Source: Rhodothermales bacterium (lineage in GTDB: Bacteria; Bacteroidota; Rhodothermia; Rhodothermales; Bin80). Taken from it: a stretch of DNA of 64,000 nt. Made by a program: the position numbers and the translations under genes. Location: positions 2,666,814 through 2,730,813 of the forward strand of contig CATQHT010000003.1 in the NCBI GenBank assembly GCA_958296045.1. Direction: 5' to 3'. A model generated the notes under the pieces. It did not search any database. It was not told the DNA's origin and saw only the letters and a program-made list of their open reading frames with translations. Shown here piece by piece: positions 59,678 through 64,000 of the stretch. Every line of letters starts with the position of its first letter. Positions within the stretch are counted from its first letter, which is position 1.

Positions 59678-61966
59678 ATGCGCTACCGATCCATCCTGCT
59701 GCTATCAGCGCTTGTCACACTGCCCTGGGGTGTCTGGGCGCAATCCTTCTATAGCTACGCTCCTATGCCAGCCTCCTTCGGAGGCGCCGTGGCCATAGGC
59801 GAAGCGCACCTTTTTGTGGCTGCGTCGAGCGGTTTCAAAGACCCGGGTACGGTGCATGTTTACGCACGGTCCATGGGCGGCTGGGAGCAGACTCATCAGC
59901 TGCAGGCGGCAGAGCCTGCCGTGTCGGACTTTTTCGGGCGCGCGCTGGCCCATCAGGGCAACACGTTGGTGGTGGCTGGCAATGCGGTCGTGGCCTTTTT
60001 TGCCTTTGACGGCAGCGCATGGACACGTGTGACGCAGCTGGAAATGCGCATAGCTAGCGTAGCCACAGATGGACGACTCGCTCTTTTGGGGGTCCCCGGC
60101 GCGGACGACACACCCGGCCAGGTGGTTGTCTACGAAGATGGTGACGGTGGGTGGACCGAGGTGGCACGCCTAGCAGGCGAGGCATCCGCGTTCGGGCGAT
60201 CCCTTGCGATCGATGGCCAGATGGCGCTCATAGGGGGCGAAGAGTCGGTTGCCTTCTACCGATGGGATGGTCAGACGCTTGTGCAGGAGGCCACCTTTGC
60301 GGGTTCGGAGCTTAGCATCGAGCAAAGCTTCGGCGCCGCTGTCAGCTTGAGCGGCAGCCATGCGCTCGTAGGGGCCCCCTCAGAAGAATCCGTGCAGGCG
60401 TTCCGCCACGAGGATGGAGCTTGGCAGCCGGCTGGCCGCCTCAGTCCCGGTGAGGATGTGCGCGGCGCGGGCTTTTTTGGCACCGCCGTGGTGGCCCAAG
60501 CCGATACCTGGTGGGTGGGAGCGCCGTTTGCGAATCAGGCCGCGGGAGCGATGTACCTCTTTGCGGCAGGCGACACGGTGGCAACAGGCGCGCTGGCACC
60601 TGAGGCCGCAGTCGGAAGCGGGTTCTTACGTTTTGGCTCTGCGGCAGCCGTCACGAACGGTCACGCACTGATCGGCATGCCAGGGGCGGCCTACGGAGAA
60701 GGCAGCGCGATGCTTTATGCGATCGAAGACGGTGCGTGGAGCTTCATGGAAGAGCTGTTCGTGGAGGCGGAACCCATGGATCCGGTGCTGGGCGAAGGCG
60801 AGGTCTGCGACCAGAATGACGCGGGCGGCTATGAGTGCGGGCAGGTGGATCTGGTGTCGTTCTTGCCCCTTTCGGATATGGGAACCGCCCGGGGCGTGCG
60901 CCTCAGCGACGTTTGGGGATGGACAGATCCAGAAACAGACCGCGAATACGGGCTGGTAGGACACCTGGAAGGCACCGCCTTTGTGGACCTGGGCGATCCG
61001 TCGAGGCCGCGCTTTCTAGGAGAGCTTCCGCGGACCGAAGGGTCGCCGGGCAGCACATGGCGCGACATCAAAGTCTTTGCGGATCACGCGTTCATCGTGG
61101 CCGACGGCGCCGGTGCGCACGGCATGCAAGTGTTTGACCTTACACGGCTGCGCACGCTGGATGACGCGCCAACAATCTTTGAGCCGGATGTGCTCTACGA
61201 TGGCATCCATAGCGCGCACAACATAGTGGTCAACGAAGAGACCGGGTTCGCGTTTGCGGTTGGCGCCAGCGGCGGTGGCCAGACGTGCGGCGGCGGGCTG
61301 CACATGATTGACGTCCAGAACCCGCAGGAGCCTGTCTTTGCTGGGTGCTTTGCGGACGAGTCGACCGGGCGGCGCAAGACGGGCTACTCGCATGATGCGC
61401 AATGTGTCATTTATCAGGGACCCGACAGCGAGCACCACGGCAAAGAAATATGCGTCGGATCCAATGAAACCGCGATTAGCATCGCGGACATCACCGATAA
61501 GGACAACCCGGTGGCGATCTCCAGCGGCACTTATCCAGATGCGGCGTATGTGCACCAAGGGTGGCTATCCGAGGACCACACCTTTTTCTACCAAAACGAT
61601 GAGCTGGACGAGCTCAGCGGGCGCGCAGAGCGCACGCGCACCCTGGTCTGGGATGTGAGCGACCTGGACGACCCGTTGCTAGTCCACGAGTATTTCGGGC
61701 CTACCAGTGCTACAGACCACAACCTGTATGTGCATGGCGACCTGATGTATCAGACCAACAACGCTAGCGGGCTCCGCATCCTGGACATCTCCGAACGCTC
61801 GGCCCCTATGGAGGTCGGCTTCTTTGACACGACGCCCTACGGAACCAATGATGCCGGCTTTAACGGCACCTGGAGCAGCTATCCGTACTTCAAGAGCGGC
61901 ATCATCATGGTGACGAGCCGACGCGAAGGGCTCTTTGTTTTGAAGAAGCAGACCGTGGGATCCTGA
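59678..61966 (+). CDS. secreted FG-GAP-like repeat + choice-of-anchor B/LVIVD fusion protein (no T9SS C-terminal domain)
   Basis: Signal peptide MRYRSILLLSALVTLPWGVWA. The N-terminal half has repeated FG..(A/L)..(G)....VGAP units (FGRSLAIDGQMALIG, FGAAVSLSGSHALVGAP, FGTAVVAQADTWWVGAP). The C-terminal half is paralogous to 35963-37546 (DVWGWTDPETDREYGLVG, GLRILDISERSAPMEVGFFDT). It ends without a sorting domain. Confidence 0.8.
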   Translation: MRYRSILLLSALVTLPWGVWAQSFYSYAPMPASFGGAVAIGEAHLFVAASSGFKDPGTVHVYARSMGGWEQTHQLQAAEPAVSDFFGRALAHQGNTLVVAGNAVVAFFAFDGSAWTRVTQLEMRIASVATDGRLALLGVPGADDTPGQVVVYEDGDGGWTEVARLAGEASAFGRSLAIDGQMALIGGEESVAFYRWDGQTLVQEATFAGSELSIEQSFGAAVSLSGSHALVGAPSEESVQAFRHEDGAWQPAGRLSPGEDVRGAGFFGTAVVAQADTWWVGAPFANQAAGAMYLFAAGDTVATGALAPEAAVGSGFLRFGSAAAVTNGHALIGMPGAAYGEGSAMLYAIEDGAWSFMEELFVEAEPMDPVLGEGEVCDQNDAGGYECGQVDLVSFLPLSDMGTARGVRLSDVWGWTDPETDREYGLVGHLEGTAFVDLGDPSRPRFLGELPRTEGSPGSTWRDIKVFADHAFIVADGAGAHGMQVFDLTRLRTLDDAPTIFEPDVLYDGIHSAHNIVVNEETGFAFAVGASGGGQTCGGGLHMIDVQNPQEPVFAGCFADESTGRRKTGYSHDAQCVIYQGPDSEHHGKEICVGSNETAISIADITDKDNPVAISSGTYPDAAYVHQGWLSEDHTFFYQNDELDELSGRAERTRTLVWDVSDLDDPLLVHEYFGPTSATDHNLYVHGDLMYQTNNASGLRILDISERSAPMEVGFFDTTPYGTNDAGFNGTWSSYPYFKSGIIMVTSRREGLFVLKKQTVGS

Positions 61967-62148
61967 GCGGATCCCCTTGGCAGGCGCAATGGCTCCATTA
62001 GCAACAATACAGGCACCGTTCTGACTCCAGTCGCATCTCGTCCTTTGTACCTGTGGCGTCGGTCTGGCATTGCACGTCCGCTCACAGGAGTGGGCAGACC
62101 GGTATGCTGCGTGCGTCCGATGGCTCGCCGCTTGATGAGTCTATGATG

Positions 62149-62427
62149 ATCGACGTCGAGTCTGCGCTAAGGACGCTGGAGCTTCGCGAAGCGTACATCG
62201 GCCGCTCTTGCTTCGCTGCAGGCCGCAAGTATCCGCTGATCCAGATCGACCACAGGTTTGACCGGACGCCCGAGCGTGTCAGACAAATCATTGAGCAAGC
62301 TGTGCGCAAGGTCCGCCCTATGGCGTATGCCCAGCGGTGGATGCGCCGGTCTATCCTGTTGGTCCAGGCGCAGCAGGGCCGTGCCGTGCAGCGTGCCTCC
62401 AGGATGCGTAAGCGCATCTGGCAGATC
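62149..62427 (+). pseudogene. scrambled sigma-70 gene debris (region 4 fragment joined to a region 2.4/3.0 fragment)
   Basis: Within ORF 62053-62481, IDVESALRTLELREAYIGRSCFAAGRKYPLIQIDHRFDRTPERVRQIIEQAVRKVR aligns to region 4 of the downstream sigma genes. It is followed directly by AYAQRWMRRSILLVQAQQGRAV, which aligns to [22 protein letters not shown]. Confidence 0.6.
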
Positions 62428-62492
62428 GCAGAGATGGCGTCAAACACGGTGTGCCATCGGTTGAAAACACCTCTTGTCTGACCTGTCGTCCT

Positions 62493-63341
62493 ATGCCCAG
62501 GTTTGTTCCACGTCGCCAGCGGATGCTGAATCAGTATCTGAAAGAGATAGGTAAAATCAAGCTGGTGACCCCTGCCGAGGAGGCAGAGCTGGCATACAGA
62601 ATTCGACAGGGTGATGACGACGCGCTCGAGAAGCTGGTCCAGGCCAACCTGCGCTTTGTGGTATCCGAAGCCAAACACTACCAGGGGCAGGGGCTGCACC
62701 TGACCGACCTGATCAACGAAGGCAACTACGGCCTAATCAAGGCGGCTACGCGTTTTGATGAGACGCGTGGCTTCAAATTTATCTCGTATGCGGTGTGGTG
62801 GATACGCCAGTCTATCCTTAAAGCGTTAGCGGAGCAGGGGCGTGTAGTGCGGCTTCCGCTTAACCGCATCGGGATCATCCTCAAGATGCGCAAGGCTAGT
62901 GCACGACTGGCGCAGGAGAAAGAGCGCCGGCCCAGCTGCGAGGAGCTGGCCGGTGAGCTGGATGTCGGGGTGGACAAGATACGGGACGCCATGCAGCATA
63001 CGGCACGGCACTTATCTATGGATGCGCCCTTTAGTGACGAAGGCGACAACAGCCTTCTGGATGTGCTGCCGAACAATGAGACCATTGCGCCCGATGCCCC
63101 GCTGCACGATGAGTCCATAGAGATCGCCATAGAGGTTGCACTGGGGATGCTCGAGCCCCGCGAAGCAGAAATCGTCCGCCTCAGCTTCGGCATCGGCCGC
63201 GAACATCCGCTAACTCTCGACGAAATCGGGCAACGGTTCGACCTGACGCGCGAGCGTGTCAGACAGATTCGGGAGAAGGCCTTTAGTAAGCTCCGCAAAC
63301 AGCGCACGATGCTTCGCCACAGCTCAGAATTGTATGGCTAG
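62493..63341 (+). CDS. RNA polymerase sigma-70 factor (short Bacteroidetes-type RpoD-like), copy 1
   Basis: Regions 1.2 to 4 are present: [71 protein letters not shown] and TLDEIGQRFDLTRERVRQIREKAFSKLR. Confidence 0.9.
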   Translation: MPRFVPRRQRMLNQYLKEIGKIKLVTPAEEAELAYRIRQGDDDALEKLVQANLRFVVSEAKHYQGQGLHLTDLINEGNYGLIKAATRFDETRGFKFISYAVWWIRQSILKALAEQGRVVRLPLNRIGIILKMRKASARLAQEKERRPSCEELAGELDVGVDKIRDAMQHTARHLSMDAPFSDEGDNSLLDVLPNNETIAPDAPLHDESIEIAIEVALGMLEPREAEIVRLSFGIGREHPLTLDEIGQRFDLTRERVRQIREKAFSKLRKQRTMLRHSSELYG

Positions 63342-63389
63342 GTTTCGGCTGAAGTCCACCAGTCCTCTCTCTACTCGCCCCGCCGTCTT

Positions 63390-64000
63390 ATGCCCATGTT
63401 CGTTCCGCGTCGCCAGCGGATGCTGGATCAGTACCTTAAAGAGATCGGCCAGATCGAGCTGGTAACCCCATCACAAGAAGCTGAACTGGCACGCAGAATC
63501 AAGCAAGGCGATGATGATGCGCTTGAGAAGCTGGTCCAGGCCAACCTGCGTTTTGTGGTTTCCGTGGCCAAGCGGTACCAAGGGCAAGGGCTGCATCTGA
63601 CTGACCTGATCAATGAAGGCAACTACGGTCTTATCAAGGCGGCCAAGCGCTTTGATGAGACGCGCGGCTTCAAGTTTATCTCGTATGCGGTGTGGTGGAT
63701 ACGGCAGTCCATCTTGCAGGCTCTGGCGGAGCAGGGGCGTGTGGTACGGCTCCCGCTTAATCGCATCGGCATTATCAGCAAGATCCGGAAGACCAGTGCA
63801 CGGCTCGCGCAACAGAAGGAGCGTATGCCCAACTACGAGGAGCTGGCCAACGAGCTGAATATCGGGGTGGACAAGATTCGCGAGGCCATGCAGCACACAG
63901 CACGGCACCTGTCGATGGATGCGCCCTTTAACGACGAAGACGACAACAGCCTTTTGGATGTACTGCCGAGCAATGAGACTATCGCACCCGATGTCCCGCT
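63390..64000 (+). CDS. RNA polymerase sigma-70 factor, tandem paralog copy 2 (3' end beyond the window)
   Basis: My own translation: [112 protein letters not shown]... It is open to the window end, so it is absent from the ORF track. Confidence 0.85.
   Translation, partial: MPMFVPRRQRMLDQYLKEIGQIELVTPSQEAELARRIKQGDDDALEKLVQANLRFVVSVAKRYQGQGLHLTDLINEGNYGLIKAAKRFDETRGFKFISYAVWWIRQSILQALAEQGRVVRLPLNRIGIISKIRKTSARLAQQKERMPNYEELANELNIGVDKIREAMQHTARHLSMDAPFNDEDDNSLLDVLPSNETIAPDVP

Overview
This is a GC-rich bacterial chromosomal segment. I infer a Bacteroidota/Rhodothermota-type genome (Salinibacter/Rhodothermus-like) from three T9SS-type C-terminal sorting domains, short Bacteroidetes-type sigma-70 genes and a BatA/DUF58/DUF4175 operon. 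Core genes I can support: the BatA-vWA/DUF58 operon, rnd, a 7Fe ferredoxin, ahcY, metK, acpP-fabF, a Fur-family regulator, an HME-RND efflux operon (OMP, adaptor, pump), uppP, der, a nuoI-like gene, holA, tRNA-Val(CAC) and tandem sigma-70 genes. The window is heavily scarred by mobile DNA. (1) A 1074-codon TolB-like/amidohydrolase gene is split by a 3.27-kb IS and by a 706-nt ORF-less group II intron, and both can be removed exactly in frame. The IS has 83-bp inverted repeats and an 8-bp target duplication, and it encodes a DUF4338(DruA-like)-Tn5-type fusion transposase. (2) A roughly 3-kb AT-richer cassette sits between two diverged copies of the fur 3' end and is flanked by tnpB and IS1595 remnants. 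(3) A 3.7-kb threefold tandem array lies next to a decayed tnpB. Each unit carries a tail-anchored coiled-coil gene that differs by 3, 2 or 1 copies of an 11-residue repeat. (4) IS21 and ISKra4-like transposase fragments, iteron-like repeat modules and a lone AlbA_2/Schlafen-type ATPase gene lie in a junk-rich stretch between fdxA and ahcY. (5) The sigma-70 locus is amplified and partly decayed. I found no CRISPR array, rRNA or recognisable riboswitch. Coordinates I derived by hand, rather than from the ORF track, may be off by 1-2 nt.
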